Shown: piece after piece, positions 50,834 through 63,136 of the stretch
Numbering within the stretch: position 1 is the stretch's first letter
Layout: the number at the start of each line of letters is the position of its first letter
NCBI GenBank assembly: GCA_951406725.2
Contig: OX597831.1
Span: 61,504,001-61,568,000, forward strand
Length of the DNA stretch: 64,000 nucleotides
Origin: Octopus vulgaris
Taxonomy: Eukaryota
Direction: 5' to 3'
Translations under genes and position numbers: made by a program
Notes under the pieces: model-generated
Database searches by the model: none
What the model was told of the DNA's origin: nothing
What the model saw: only the letters and a program-made list of their open reading frames with translations

Positions 50834-51827
50834 TGTCATGGAGAGAAGGGACATATCTTGCTATGACTAGAAGAAGTCTAACTGTGACCATTCCATCTTA
50901 TTTGGAGAAGGGACATATCTTGCTGGTGGAGAAGGGACATATCTTGCTGGCGGAGAAGGGACATATCTCGCTGGCGGAGAAGGGACATATCTCGCTGGCA
51001 GAGAAGGGACATATCTCACTGGCAGAGAAGGGAATTATCTTGCTGGCAGAGAAGGGACATATCTCGCTGGCGGAGAAGGGACATATCTCACTGGTGAAGA
51101 AGGGACATATCTCACTGCTGGAAGCAGTTTTCTGGTACATGTCGCCCCGATCAGGCAGGACAGGCTGAAGGGTCTGTTCTACATAGAGCGATATTCAAAT
51201 ATGAATGGCGGCATCTGTAGAATATAGAGGGCCCATCTTCGTGGAGGTGGGAGATGAAGTCTGGGTCAAGCCGCCAAAGTCACACTGCACAACTCAGTGG
51301 AACAGAGGAATAGTGATGGCAGTCAATTCCAAAAAACCAGCATTTCTATGGATGGAATGCCACTTCATGTCTTAGATGTTCATAGGATTGTTGCTTTGTT
51401 GGATTATGATTGGGGAGAGGAGGAAGAGAATGAGGTTCCCAGCTTAAGAAGATCACAACATGCAAGGCGCCCGCTCAGGTGGGTGGTAGATTTTGATATG
51501 GCGTGAAGTGAGGAGGTGATCTTTGAGATCAGTAGGGCATGTGGTGATGAGCTGGAAGAAGAGGGTCATGATGTCAATGGTCAAGGGACTGACCAGAAGA
51601 GGAAGCACAAGAGGGAAAGTGGGATGAGAGAGGTGAGGGCCCACCTCTTCTTGACCACTGGAAGCATCAGGAATGGACATCAGGGAATTCGCTCCTGAGT
51701 TGGTCAGAAAGCAGCTGCTTATACTGGGTGGCAGGGGTAGGGCAGGATCGCCAGAGAGATTACTACTAGACAAGTGCAGATGAGAGAGAGAGGTTGGTAA
51801 ACCTCTTTCCATTTCCCACACATGACA
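50834..51827 (+). mobile_element. Gypsy-type integrase C-terminal remnant with LTR-like 3' part; TGTCATG...CATGACA ends
   Basis: VGDEVWVKPPKSHCTTQWNRGIV.AVNS..SMDGMPLHVLDV (51248-51390); purine-rich PPT-like stretch near 51530; no TSD found. Confidence 0.65.
50841..51120 (+). repeat. 24-bp minisatellite GGAGAAGGGACATATCTCGCTGGC, about 10 units
   Basis: Direct reading; produces the AEKGHISL peptide repeat in the ORF track. Confidence 0.95.
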
Positions 51828-52009
51828 GATTGTTAATAAAATGAACTATACAGTTAGCAGTAAGTCAATAGTATTGTTCTTGTGTATGATATCCATGAAT
51901 AATTTATCATTATTTTAAGAAGATGAATATTAGATTGTTGTGTGAATGCTATGCTATGTAGTATCATAGTATTTCTCATATATCTAGCATGTGAGAACTG
52001 CTGTATGTG

Positions 52010-52243
52010 AAGGCGGCGAGCTGGCAGAACCGTTAGCACACCAGGCAAAATGCGTAGCCGTATTTCGTCTGCCGTTACGTTCTGAGTTCAAATTCCGCCA
52101 AGGTCGACTTTGTCTTTCATCCATTCGGGGTCGATAAATTAAGTACCAGTTATGCACTGGGGTCGATGTAATCGACTTAATCCCTTTGTCTGTCCTTGTT
52201 TGTCCCCTCTATATTTAGCCCCTTGTGGGCAATAAAGAAATAA
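52010..52243 (+). mobile_element. Family-A SINE
   Basis: TSD AGAACTGCTGTATG. Confidence 0.92.
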
Positions 52244-52420
52244 GAACTGCTGTATGCTTATGAGTCCCACAAGAAATAATAGCCAAATTTTACTCAGTTC
52301 TCTATCTGCTGTCTTAAATAAAATAAGTAGGTATAATGTAGTCCAGAATATACTATGTATAAAAAAATAAGATGGAATGGTCACAGTTGGACTTCTTCTA
52401 GTCATAGTTTGTATGAATCC

Positions 52421-52738
52421 CTTCGATCCCTGTGCCAGTGGCATGGATAAAGCACCATCCGAACGTGGCCGATGCCAGCGCCGCCTTGACTGGCTTCCAT
52501 GCCGGTGGCAAGTAAAAAGCACCATCCATTCGTGGCCGTTTGCCAGCCTCGTCTGGCACGTAAAAAGCTCCCACTACACTCACAGAGTGGTTGGCGTTAG
52601 GAAGGGCATCCAGCAGTAAAAACACTGCCAGATCAAACTGGAGCCTGGTACAGCCTTCTGGCTTCCCAGATCCCAGTCGAACCGTCTAACCTATGCTAGC
52701 ATGGAAAACGGACGTTAAACGATGATGATGATGATGAT
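52421..52738 (+). mobile_element. RTE 3'-end (tail family) copy
   Basis: (GAT)n tail. Confidence 0.87.
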
Positions 52739-53098
52739 ATTTGAGTATGCATGTCATTATCTGGGTCAAGTTGCGTCCCTTTACATTTAATTTTATGCAT
52801 AAAATGTTTTCCTCTAATTAATTAATTCCAGCTTGACAGAGTTTTGCATACATCAACAAATATATCCTTTGTTGTTTGAATATAAGAATGGCAGTTCTTT
52901 GTGAACTATGAGTGAAAGATTTGCTATCTGTAGCTGAAAAAACGTAACAATGAAAAAACGCATCTCCTATCTTCTGATGACATCATTTATAGCCCAGTAG
53001 TATTTTCTGTTTTCAGGCACATTCTCTATTATAAGTTCTCTCCTGAGACACTTTCCACAACAAAGGTTGGTATTTCTGTGATCGAGTGTATATGTTAA

Positions 53099-53319
53099 CC
53101 CTTTCGTTACCGTATTTATTTTGAGATGCTCTGTGTTTCTTTCAATTAATTTTAAATTAACAAAGAATTTAGTAAAATAACTTAGTTATCATTAAGCTGG
53201 TGTAAGGAACACAATTTGTGACTAAGGTTTGGTGGAAGATTTTTATTCAAAACTTATGAAAACAAGACATTTATACTACAGAGCCAGAGGCGGTTTCAGT
53301 CGGTTTGGTATTGAAAGGG
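53099..53319. mobile_element. piggyBac-type MITE
   Basis: TTAA-CCCTTTC...GAAAGGG-TT(C)A; decayed relative at about 50650-50820. Confidence 0.75.
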
Positions 53320-54750
53320 TTCAATATAGTTGTATACATCTATATCTTGGTGATCACTACTCAATGCACCTCTAATTAGTTAGACTTAGGATCATGTGAT
53401 GTTTAAATTTATAAAATGACATTGAAAATATTTTCTATAAATACCTCATTTTACTAATATATAAACATTATATATATGATTACTAAGAAAACTGACATTT
53501 GATAATGATGGTGATGATGACAATGATGATGATTAAAGTATCTTGGCCCAGAAATTATAGCAATATCTGGAACAAGATAGCAACTTGTAACACATATTAC
53601 TATAAATATAGCATCTTAGTCACACAACCACTCAAATGCTTTTATCTATTTCTACATCATGCCTTTATACACAATTTTAATGCAGCATATAAAAGCAATT
53701 GAAAAACTATTAAATCTATTTATTGAGAGCCTCTCAGTAAAAGATATTTTAATAGATCAATGGGTAAAACAGAGAGAATTTCAATGCTCGAATAAGGTTT
53801 AATTGTCAATACAAAATATTCCTCTATGGCTGTAAAGGCTCTAAAGAATTTACTTTGAAGATTTCCATTTCTTCTTACCTGGCATACTGACAACTATGCT
53901 AAACAATTTTATGCATGTAATTTTCAATTTTATATCTATTTTCCTTTTTTTAAAGTTATTAGATATTATTTTTATTATTTATATTTTTATTTATTATCTT
54001 TTTATTAAATTTACATTTTTCAGAAAAGGCACTGAGGATTTTTCTCATCATTGCCTTTATACTCAAAGTAATTCACATGAAATTTCTTTAGTTTATATTT
54101 CAAGAATAGTTTCTAAAAGAGAAATTTATAGCTTCATGTTGAACAGTGCAATAGAAATATGTATTAATGTCATCACTAACATAATTAAGTAACATCTTCA
54201 CTAAGGATTAAAGAAATTTGATGAATCACAGATTTGCAATTTCATAGAAATGGCCTGTTTAACATAATTCTAGATTAAAAATACTCTATATCTATATCTC
54301 TTATTGATCCAGGAAATTAAAATGATAATATTTTGCAAGCAAGTTGCTATTCATATCTTCATTTCAATTACATTGAATTTGTCAAGGTTGTTGTATTTTC
54401 CAAGTATTAATCAATATGCATTAAGTGCCAAGCTAAGTATGTATATTTATCACAAATAATATAAATAGTTCAGAGCAACAGAAAGCTCCGATAGGAAGGG
54501 AAAAATATTCATAGCATTCTCAAGTATTAATAAAATGGAATATTTAATTAAGATTAATAATTTTCCTGGGATAATTATAAAACTCAATTTCGATATAGCT
54601 GCTGGTATAGCCGAGTGGCTGGGAAGGTATCTTCACAATCATATGATTCTGGGTTTACTTCTACTAAGTCAAACCTTCTATAGCAGCCTTTGACTGATCA
54701 ATGCTTCAATGATTTTGCATAAAATTGGAAGATAGAAACTGCATGGAAGT

Positions 54751-55168
54751 AAGGCGGCGAGCTGGCAGAAACGTTAGCATGCCAGACGAAATACTCAGCA
54801 GTATTTCGTCTGCCGTTACGTTCTGAGTTCAAATTCCGCCGAGGTCGACTTTGCCTTTCATCCTTTCAGGGTCGATGAATTAAGTACCAGTTATGCACTG
54901 GATTCCATGTAATCATCTTAATCCGTTTGTCTGTCCTTGTTTGTCCCCTCTGTGTTTAGCCCCTTGTGGGTAGTAAAGAAATAGGTATTTCGTTTGCCAT
55001 TTAGTTCTGAGTTCAAATTCCACCGAGATCGACTTTGCCTTTCATCCTTTCGGGGACCAAAAATTAAGTAGCAGTTACGCACTGGGGTCTGTGTAATTGA
55101 CTTAATCCCTTTGTCTGTTCTTGTTTGTCCCCTCTATGTTTAGCCCCTTGTGGGCAATAAAGAAATAA
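54751..55168 (+). mobile_element. Family-A SINE (two units)
   Basis: TSD AGAAACTGCATGGAAGT on both sides. Confidence 0.93.
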
Positions 55169-55406
55169 GAAACTGCATGGAAGTCCTTTCTATATATATA
55201 TATTTGTGTATGTTTGCATGTTTGTGTTATAATTACCAGTGTAAAAACATGTGCCAGGTTGCATCCTTTTATACCCAATTTTATGCTTGAAATTTTCTAA
55301 ATGGAAAATGCATGAAGGCATATTTACATACAAGCCTGATTGCATGTGGGACTGTTTACCACTGCAAAAGCATGTGTTGAGTTCTGTTCCTTTATATCTA
55401 AGAAGT

Positions 55407-55573
55407 CATCATCATCATCATCATCATCGTTTAGTGTCCGCTTTCCATGCTAGCATGGGTTGGACGGTTCAACTGGGGTCTGTGAAGCCAGAAGGCTGCA
55501 TCAGGCCCAGTCTGATCTGGCAGTGTTTCTACGGCTGGATGCCCTTCCTAATGCCAACCACTCCGTGAGTGTA
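55407..55573 (-). mobile_element. Short RTE 3'-end copy
   Basis: (CAT)n followed by tail-family consensus. Confidence 0.85.
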
Positions 55574-56066
55574 TAAGATAGAAGTATAAGATGGAAATAA
55601 TTACTGAGGCCTATATGAACAACTAAACCACTAAAAGGGAGTGTATATATCTATCTGTCTGTGTGTTGTAAACACAAACAATGTATGTGTTTTGCTTGCT
55701 GGTCCACTAAAGTACCTGAAAGATTTCCCCCGTCTGCCAACATTGAAATGAGTGTTTTAACTGGGTGCTTTCAGTTTTTAACACCAGAGTAAAATGCTAT
55801 GAAAATAAGTTACACAGATTGTTATGATATAGCAAGAGTTTATTCCCATAAGTAAAGTTTTTTGACACTACTTACTAAGGTAAACTGGAGCATAAATCTA
55901 GGAAAGCATTAAACAAACAAAGCTTTGAAAAATTAAAGTAGTTGGAAAGCATGGAATTATCCATTAAATTCCGAATAGAGCATACTCCTTTAAAACAACT
56001 GGCTCAGTCAATAAACATAGTTATTGAGACAGCTAATATAAATATAAACTATAATGCCAAATATAT

Positions 56067-56274
56067 TCATCATCATCATCATCGTTTAACGTCTGCTTTC
56101 CATGCTAGCATGGGTTGGACGATTTGACTGAGGTCTGGCGAACTAGACTCTAATCTGATCTGGCAAAGTTTCTACAGCTGGATGCCCTTCCTAACGCCAA
56201 CCACTCTGAGAGTGTAGAGGGTGCTTTTATGTGCCACCGGCATGAGGGCCAGTTTGGTGGTACTGGCAACAGCC
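56067..56274 (-). mobile_element. RTE 3'-end copy; 3' partner in the U6 chimera
   Basis: (CAT)n plus tail consensus, abutting the U6 oligo-T. Confidence 0.87.
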
Positions 56275-56313
56275 AAAAAATATGGAACACTTCAGGAATT
56301 TGCATGTCATCCT
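56275..56313 (-). pseudogene. U6: U6 snRNA 3'-terminal fragment
   Basis: Minus strand AGGATGACAtGCAAATTCcTGAAGtGTTCCATATTTTTT versus U6 AGGATGACACGCAAATTCGTGAAGCGTTCCATATTTT; 3 mismatches, all at CpG sites. Confidence 0.9.
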
Positions 56314-56403
56314 AAGTGTAAATTATTATAGCTTTATGTTGCTGATGTGACAAATTTACATTATCTATATTGTTTATATTAGTCAGATTGGTGTCCTTAC
56401 CTT

Positions 56404-56916
56404 GATTGTTGCTCTCCCTACACTTCGGCTGTTGTATGCCTCAGTCATCTGCAGGTGTCTTGGGTTAAACTCAGTTGTTTTATCAGGATTTCACACCTAA
56501 CCCTTTATTTAATCTATGGTGGCAAACTGCTTTCACTCCATTCTCTGCATTTTGTGACAGTTTTGCTTCAGTTGATCTTTTGTGAATTATCTTAGTTCTT
56601 TGCCTAGGATTGAACTTAGAACCTCTAGATGACCGCACTGTCTTACCAAATGACTATCTTCTATGCTATGCCCATTGGTTAATGCAGTCACCTAGATGTT
56701 CTGAGTTCAATGCCAGGTAATGCACTTAGATAATTCACAAAAAAATCAACAGAAGCAAGAATGTCACAAAACGCAGAGAGCAGAATGAGAACAGTGTACT
56801 CTTGTGGATCAAATAAAAGGTTAGGTTTGAAATTCCAATACAACAACCAAGTTCGATAGAAGACGCCTGAAGAAGACTGGAGTGTAGAACAGCTGAAGCG
56901 TAGTGAAACCAACAAT
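56404..56916. mobile_element. Diverged inverted repeat (~230-bp arms), PLE-type inverted pLTRs with a decayed hammerhead motif
   Basis: 56404-56632 versus 56687-56916; CTGAAGA-A-GACTG..CAGCT-GAAG-CG-TA at 56867-56902. Confidence 0.6.
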
Positions 56917-57327
56917 AAAAACTAATATAAACAGTATACATAAAGTGCAAACTGGGAAATTAGAAATATATTATCTATAGATGCAGTGAAGTTGAATGCA
57001 AAAATACTCCCACAATTTACATATAGGAAAAACAATCGTAGTATAGTGGAAAGAATGGTAGTACTGGCAGGATTATATCAAAGCAAAATACTGTCAATAT
57101 TCTACCAACAGGCAAATGAGAAATATTATAGCTTGATCAAGAATATTGAAGTAAAAATTCAATAAAGTTACTCATATAATGTCACATTAAGGTAAAAAGA
57201 GAAAAACATAGAAAGCTATAATATATCTTAGCGATGGAAAATGGATTTAACTGAAAATATGGAAGAATTAACAATGCCATCACCACCCAGGCCTAAACAC
57301 AAACACTCCAATACCACTACGTACGCT

Positions 57328-57359
<32 letters not shown>

Positions 57360-57365
57360 TGTATG

Positions 57366-57396
<31 letters not shown>

Positions 57397-57426
57397 TGTA
57401 TGTATGTATGTATCTATCTATCTATC

Positions 57427-57476
<50 letters not shown>

Positions 57477-57551
57477 AATATATATATATTCACACGTATA
57501 TAAATGTATGCGTGTGTGTGTATAAATATATATGTATATAAATATAAATCT

Positions 57552-58690
57552 ACAAATAATCAGAAAATGGAGAAAGCCTCAGATTAACAAGCACATCGAT
57601 TGGACCACATTTATAGCTCATTTTTAATATGAAGCATGACATAACAAATAAGTGATGTAACAAATCTTACGGCCGTTTCCGCATCTGTTGCCAAACGCTG
57701 TCTATAAATAATTGTGAAAATAAAATTCTTCATCTTCATAGGACATTTGGATTAAGGCACAGAGCTTCATCAGAGTAAAAAACAAGAGCATCCAATATAA
57801 ACAAAGGGAAGAAGAAATAGGAAGAAAACATGGCCTAGAAAAGAAGCCTAGAAGCCCAATTTATTAAAAGCATATAATCTACTATCTTGGGGCGATGAGG
57901 TCCGTAGGTAAAAGAGTGAACTAATAATGGTCTAGAGAATACTACAATTTATTTACGAATAGTTTCAATTTAAGTGGGGGATGGCAAGAGGTTCTAAAAT
58001 TTAAGAAAAGTTATCAAAAAATATATTTATTTATAAGGAATCTAACATGATTATCAAAAGATAGCACCTATGCTAACGTAGTAAACTCAAGTAAATGTAT
58101 CCAAAACATTACTGTAGGGTGCTTATGAAAGTTCACTCACAGAAATACTACCGAGAATCCCACCTATTGTCCACAATGGCGCAAGTCTAAACCCAGTGGT
58201 CTCTACAATTGGTCAGTTACAATTTGAACTGAGGTCACAATTTAAAACCGTTACAATGGATATGTCAATAAAAATTAACAAATTGAAACTATTCGTAAAA
58301 AAAATTGTACTATTCCCTAGACCATCACACGTTTGCGGACATCGTAGCCCCAAGATGGTAGATATTGTGCTTTTAATATATTGGGCTTCTAGGCTTCTTT
58401 TCTAGGCCATGTTTTCTTTCCTATTTCTTCTCCCCTTTGTTTATATTGGGTGTTCTTGCTCTTTACTCTAATGAAGCTCTGAGCCTTAATCCGAATATCC
58501 TAGGAAGATGAAGAATTTTATTTTCACAATTATTTATAGACAGCATTTGGCTATGGATGCAGAAACGGCCGTAAGATTTGCTATGTCACCTATTTGTTGT
58601 GTCATGCTTTGTATATAAAAAAAGAAGCTATAAATGTGGTCCAATCGATGTTTGTTAGTCGGAGGTTTTCTCCATTTTCTGACTATTTGT
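57552..58690. mobile_element. Long inverted repeat (~420-bp arms, ~310-bp spacer), probable PLE inverted pLTRs
   Basis: 57552-57970 is the reverse complement of 58281-58690 with high similarity. Confidence 0.85.
57665..57776 (-). ncRNA. Hammerhead-like motif with very long stem II and palindromic stem III
   Basis: CTGATGA-A-GCTCTGTGCC...GGCAACAGATGC-G-GAAA-CGGCCG-TA; the copy at 58468-58573 has CTAATGA. Confidence 0.5.
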
Positions 58691-58854
58691 ATTTGTTTCC
58701 TGATAAACCCTTGTTTATCCTGGTGTTTCTTGCACTCTGCGTGCATAGTGTACCTGCACACAAATACCCGAGGATAACATGGGTAACGGATACCGATAGT
58801 ACATATGGATATCTTATCCCTTAGTCGGTTATTATAACCACTAACTCAGTTTAT

Positions 58855-58950
<96 letters not shown>

Positions 58951-59947
58951 AATTGCTTTGTGTTGAGAGTCTACACACACGTATGATAAAATTTAGATGC
59001 ATAAAACAAATATTTTGATAGAAACATAAAAATAAAAATGTCAAAATTTCAATGTTCAGAATCATTGAACAAAGAACTTCCAAGAACTGACGGAAATAAA
59101 TAAACAATATAAAAGCTTTTACACACACAACACACACACAGACAACACATATAAAGATGCAATCTACTTGCATACAGTGAAACTACACAACGCAAAAAAA
59201 CAAAACCACACCATCAACCCAAATGTTAGAAACTATAAACATAGAAGAGAAATGCAAAGCTATCGGTTTGTGAAAAAAAAACTAAGAGCAGATGAAAACA
59301 CACCATTGATAATAACATTGATTGTGACAAAAGAACCTTGACGAATCAACTGATTAATTTATTGATCAAGCGAGTGATTAGTTAATTAGTTAACTACGAT
59401 CTTGATAATAAAAGTAAAAATTGAAATACAACCAGTACATACACATATCAGAGAAACCCCGCTTCTTCAATGTACATGTAAATCTGTTTCAATGCAAGGT
59501 TTTACATGAAGAACGTTTCAAAATATGCTATCTATCTGTCTGTTTGTCTATTGATCTATTTATTTATATGCATGAGGGCATGTGGACTGGTGATTAGGGT
59601 ATTGTACTGATGATCGTTAGATTGTGGATTTGATTCAGGTTCGAGGTGGTACATTTGTTCTTGAGCAAATCATTTCATCTCAAGTTGGTTTGCAATTGCT
59701 CTGACATCTAACATGTGGCACACCATACACTGTACAGGCAGTCTAGATTTCATGGAGGGAGTCATCTTATGTGCAGTATGAAAAATTAAATCACTATAAA
59801 TATATCATCCATGCAGTTTATTCAACAAAAATTGCAGAACTGTCTTTCTTGGATCAAGAGGCTACCATGATACACACACACACACATATATATATGTATA
59901 TGTATGTATGTATGTATATCAACAACATCATCATCATCATCATCATT

Positions 59948-60190
59948 TAACTGAAAGAAGCCTGTCGTGAATGTGTGTGTGTGTGTGTGTGTGTTTGTCC
60001 CCCTACCATCAATTGACAACCAATGCTAGTGTGTTTATGTCCCCGTAACTTAGTGGTCTGGCAAAAAAGACTTAACAGAATAAGTACTAGGCTTACTAAG
60101 AATAAGTCCTGGGGTCGATTTGTTCGACTAAAGGGAGTGCTCCAGCATGATCACACTCAAATGACTGAAACAAACAAAAGAATAAAAGAA
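59948..60190 (+). mobile_element. Family-B SINE 3' half
   Basis: Tail consensus. Confidence 0.85.
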
Positions 60191-60204
60191 TATTTATACA
60201 GATA

Positions 60205-61900
60205 GGAGGGGATTTGAGCCCATTTGGTGCAAAGGAGTGAAGAGAGAAGATTAATTCCTGTTTACGGCGAAGGCGGGAGTCCGGATGGCACCTGTGCAAA
60301 GACAATCCTAACACAGACAGGTGTTGTAATGAATGACTGGTAGAGTGGAAATGATGCTAGACCGGGATGTCATAGCTGAGTCTAATGTCTTGAAGGTGCT
60401 CCGCAAGCCTGTCTGCCAAGTGGAACCCCATTTGACTGATGTACAGAGAAAGACAGAATTTCAGACTTGTGCTATGAATATCAACACAAGTCTGAAATTC
60501 GTTACCGGGTGGAGTGAGGGGGATGAAGCAATGATCCACCCCCCCTATTGAGAAGAGAGCACTTTGCCTCAGAGAGGGGAAGATCAGACTGATGTAGGGA
60601 GGGGTGGATGGGTTAGATGTGGGAGGGGTGGTAGGGGTAGTGGAAGGCTGGGAGGAAAGAGAGGAAGGGTAAGTGTGTGGGGGTTGGAGTGACGTAAGGT
60701 TTGGGGCGAGATGAGGGGGAAGTGTATAGGAGAGGGAGGGGTGGGCCTAGTTGCATCCGGTGTGATGGAATGGACGAGTGAGTGGAGTTTGCGTTGTTTA
60801 GTGTAAACGAGATATTCATGGAAGAGCTGATTTAAATGTATTATGTAGCGTAGAGTGTGCATAGGAATGTGAAAGAGAGGAGTAAAAGATGAAATAAGCG
60901 AGAGGGAGAAAGCAGTCGATGGTGTGTATTTTGGAGAGATTGGAACGAATAATGGCACACATAAGGCGATGGGAAGTAGTACGGAGTATATGTAGGATGG
61001 CTGAAGCAGAGTAGAAAGTGGGGTGGAAGTGGAGGTGGAAACCTTTGGGGATGAGATGGTGGTGAATGCAGCGACTGAGAAATGAAACGTGGCTAAGAGA
61101 ACCATGCTTTTTGGAAATTGGTAAGAAAAGATTAATAAAAGGTTGAAAGCAGCGGAAAGGAAATGGAAAGGTGTTTCTTTAGGCAGTGGTAAAGGTGGAG
61201 GAGGAAAGATTTGTAATCGGGCATGATTGAAAAAGATAAAGAAAGGGGCGTGATAAAGGTAAAGTATAAAAGTTCAAAAGATTCAAAAGGCAGGAGAAGA
61301 AAAAGGAAAAAAAAAAACAGAAAGAAGAAAAAAAGAAACGGAGAGAAAAGGAGAAGAGTAGTAAAGGCAAAAAGGAAAAGAAAAGGGGAGAGGCACAGAG
61401 AGGGAGAGAGAGAGGTAAAGTAACAACATGCGAATTAAGAGAAAACAGAGTAAAAAAGAAACGGAATAAGAAAAAGCAAAAAGTTCAAAAAAGTTCAAAA
61501 AGGTTCAAACGCCACGATGTACTGGAGCGATTTTTCATCAACAGAAGACTCCAGTGAAATCCAGTAGTAATCCGGGTGGAATGCTGGTATGTAGATGAGG
61601 AGATGTGCAGAAATTTCAGGTAGAAGTAACTCCGAGGTGTCGGAGGTAAAAGCAGGATAAAACTGGTGCGACCACGTGAGTGTACAATATATAGTTGAAA
61701 TTTACAGAGAAACAAAGGACAAACACAGGTGTATAATCAACAAGCAGGTGTAATAGTTTGACGCTTGGTGAGGTGAGAAATTGTTTTACGTTTCGAGCCT
61801 ACACTCTTCAGAAATGAACACGAAAGAACAAAAATAGAGTTAGTTATTCAGGAGAGCTAGGAAGAAGAGGAGATAACTAAGTAGTGGTGATCCCAAAACG
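60205..61900 (-). mobile_element. Decayed Penelope-like element: GIY-YIG C-terminus, low-complexity body, pLTR with hammerhead motif (61784-61814)
   Basis: LYISQMGFHLADRLAEHLQDIR..DIPV..HF...LGL...RRKQELIFSLHSFAPNGL; ttt-CTGAAGA-GTGTAGGCTC-GAAA-CG-TA-aaa. Confidence 0.75.
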
Positions 61901-62119
61901 AAGGTACATGTGCGTGTTTGTATGTGAGGGTGTGTGTGTGCGTGTGGATAGGGGCTGGTGACTTTGATGTGTGAATGTGTGCATGTGTAAGTGTATGTGT
62001 CTGTAATGTGTGAGTGTGTGCGGGGTGGTGTGTGGTGTGATGAGAGGGTGGGGTGGGGGTTTGGAGTGATGATGTTGGGGTAGGGGTGGGGTTTATGTGA
62101 GTGGGATGTATGGGGTGGG

Positions 62120-62300
62120 GATGTATATATGTACGTATTTATATATATGTATATATGTATGTACATATATATATATATATGTATATACATATGTATATAT
62201 GTATGTATATATGTATATATATATATATATGTGTATATATGTATGTATATATATGTATGTACATATATATATGTATATACATATGTATATATGTATATAC

Positions 62301-62343
<43 letters not shown>

Positions 62344-62528
62344 AATTGATGTATGTATGTATATATATATGTACATGTATGTATATATTATGTGTGCATA
62401 TATATATATATATACATATGTGTATATATATATTATGTATATATATATATGTATATATATGTGAATGTATATACGTATATATATATATAGATATGTGTGC
62501 ATGCATGTGTGTGTGTGTGTGTGTGTAT
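62120..62528. repeat. Long degenerate (TA)n/(TATG)n microsatellite; similar tracts at 11323-11367, 21870-22120, 26615-26840, 57330-57540, 58858-58945, 63395-63441
   Basis: Direct reading. Confidence 0.98.
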
Positions 62529-62865
62529 AAAATAAAATTCAATACAAGGAAAAATAGTTTCCTTTATAGAGATAGAAAAACATACAATTTTCCTCTGGTT
62601 TTTCCGTAAATATCCAATATGGCAGAGAAAAACTTTTCACCACTCAAAAGCGTATATACTCAATATACAAAATTTAAAAGAAAATCATAAATCTCCATTT
62701 TGTTTCAATTTTTGTATATCTATACAGATATTGTATACCGAGAAAAAGGAAGTAGTCAGATTTATCCGAAATTCTTACTACCTCTTTTTCTCAGTATGTA
62801 TATAGATATGAATATATATATATATTTCTTTATTTATCATTGTGACCGACAAGGCTATCAGATGT

Positions 62866-63136
62866 TGCTACACATCGCTGGTCACAATGCGCTTTGCATT
62901 GTTTTAGCCTTCAAGTGATGCCACCCCGCTGGCTAAGCAAGCAGGGCAACAGAAGAAAGAGTGACAGAAAGTTGTGGCGAAAGAGTACAGCAGGGATCAC
63001 CACCAGCCCCTGCCAGAGACTCATGGAGCTTTAGGTGTTTTCGCTCAATAAATACTCACAACGCCCAGTCTGGGAATTGAAACCCTGATCCTACAACCGT
63101 GAGTCTGCTGCCCTGACCACTGGGCCATTGCGCCTC

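Noticed and set aside
50833-51168. 111-aa ORF with AEKGHISL repeats; the array also looks superficially CRISPR-like with one 43-bp insert
   Set aside because: A head-to-tail 24-bp minisatellite in a eukaryotic transposon remnant; no regular spacers, no cas genes; open in frame only because the unit is a multiple of 3
53017-53065. Possible 49-bp plus-strand micro-exon (tttcag...AAG|GTTGGT)
   Set aside because: Such splice-like pairs arise often by chance; no supporting neighbouring exons or homology
59357-59413. Short AT-rich imperfect hairpin (pre-miRNA-like)
   Set aside because: Weak, AT-rich pairing; no recognisable miRNA
60584-61105. 173-aa Pro/Ser/Thr-rich ORF
   Set aside because: Low-complexity, strand-biased interior of the decayed Penelope-like element
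61840-62609. Long ORFs of [12 protein letters not shown] type here and at 1623-2060, 21788-22247, 26516-26948, 28597-28932
   Set aside because: Translations of (TA)n/(CA)n microsatellites that lack stop codons by composition
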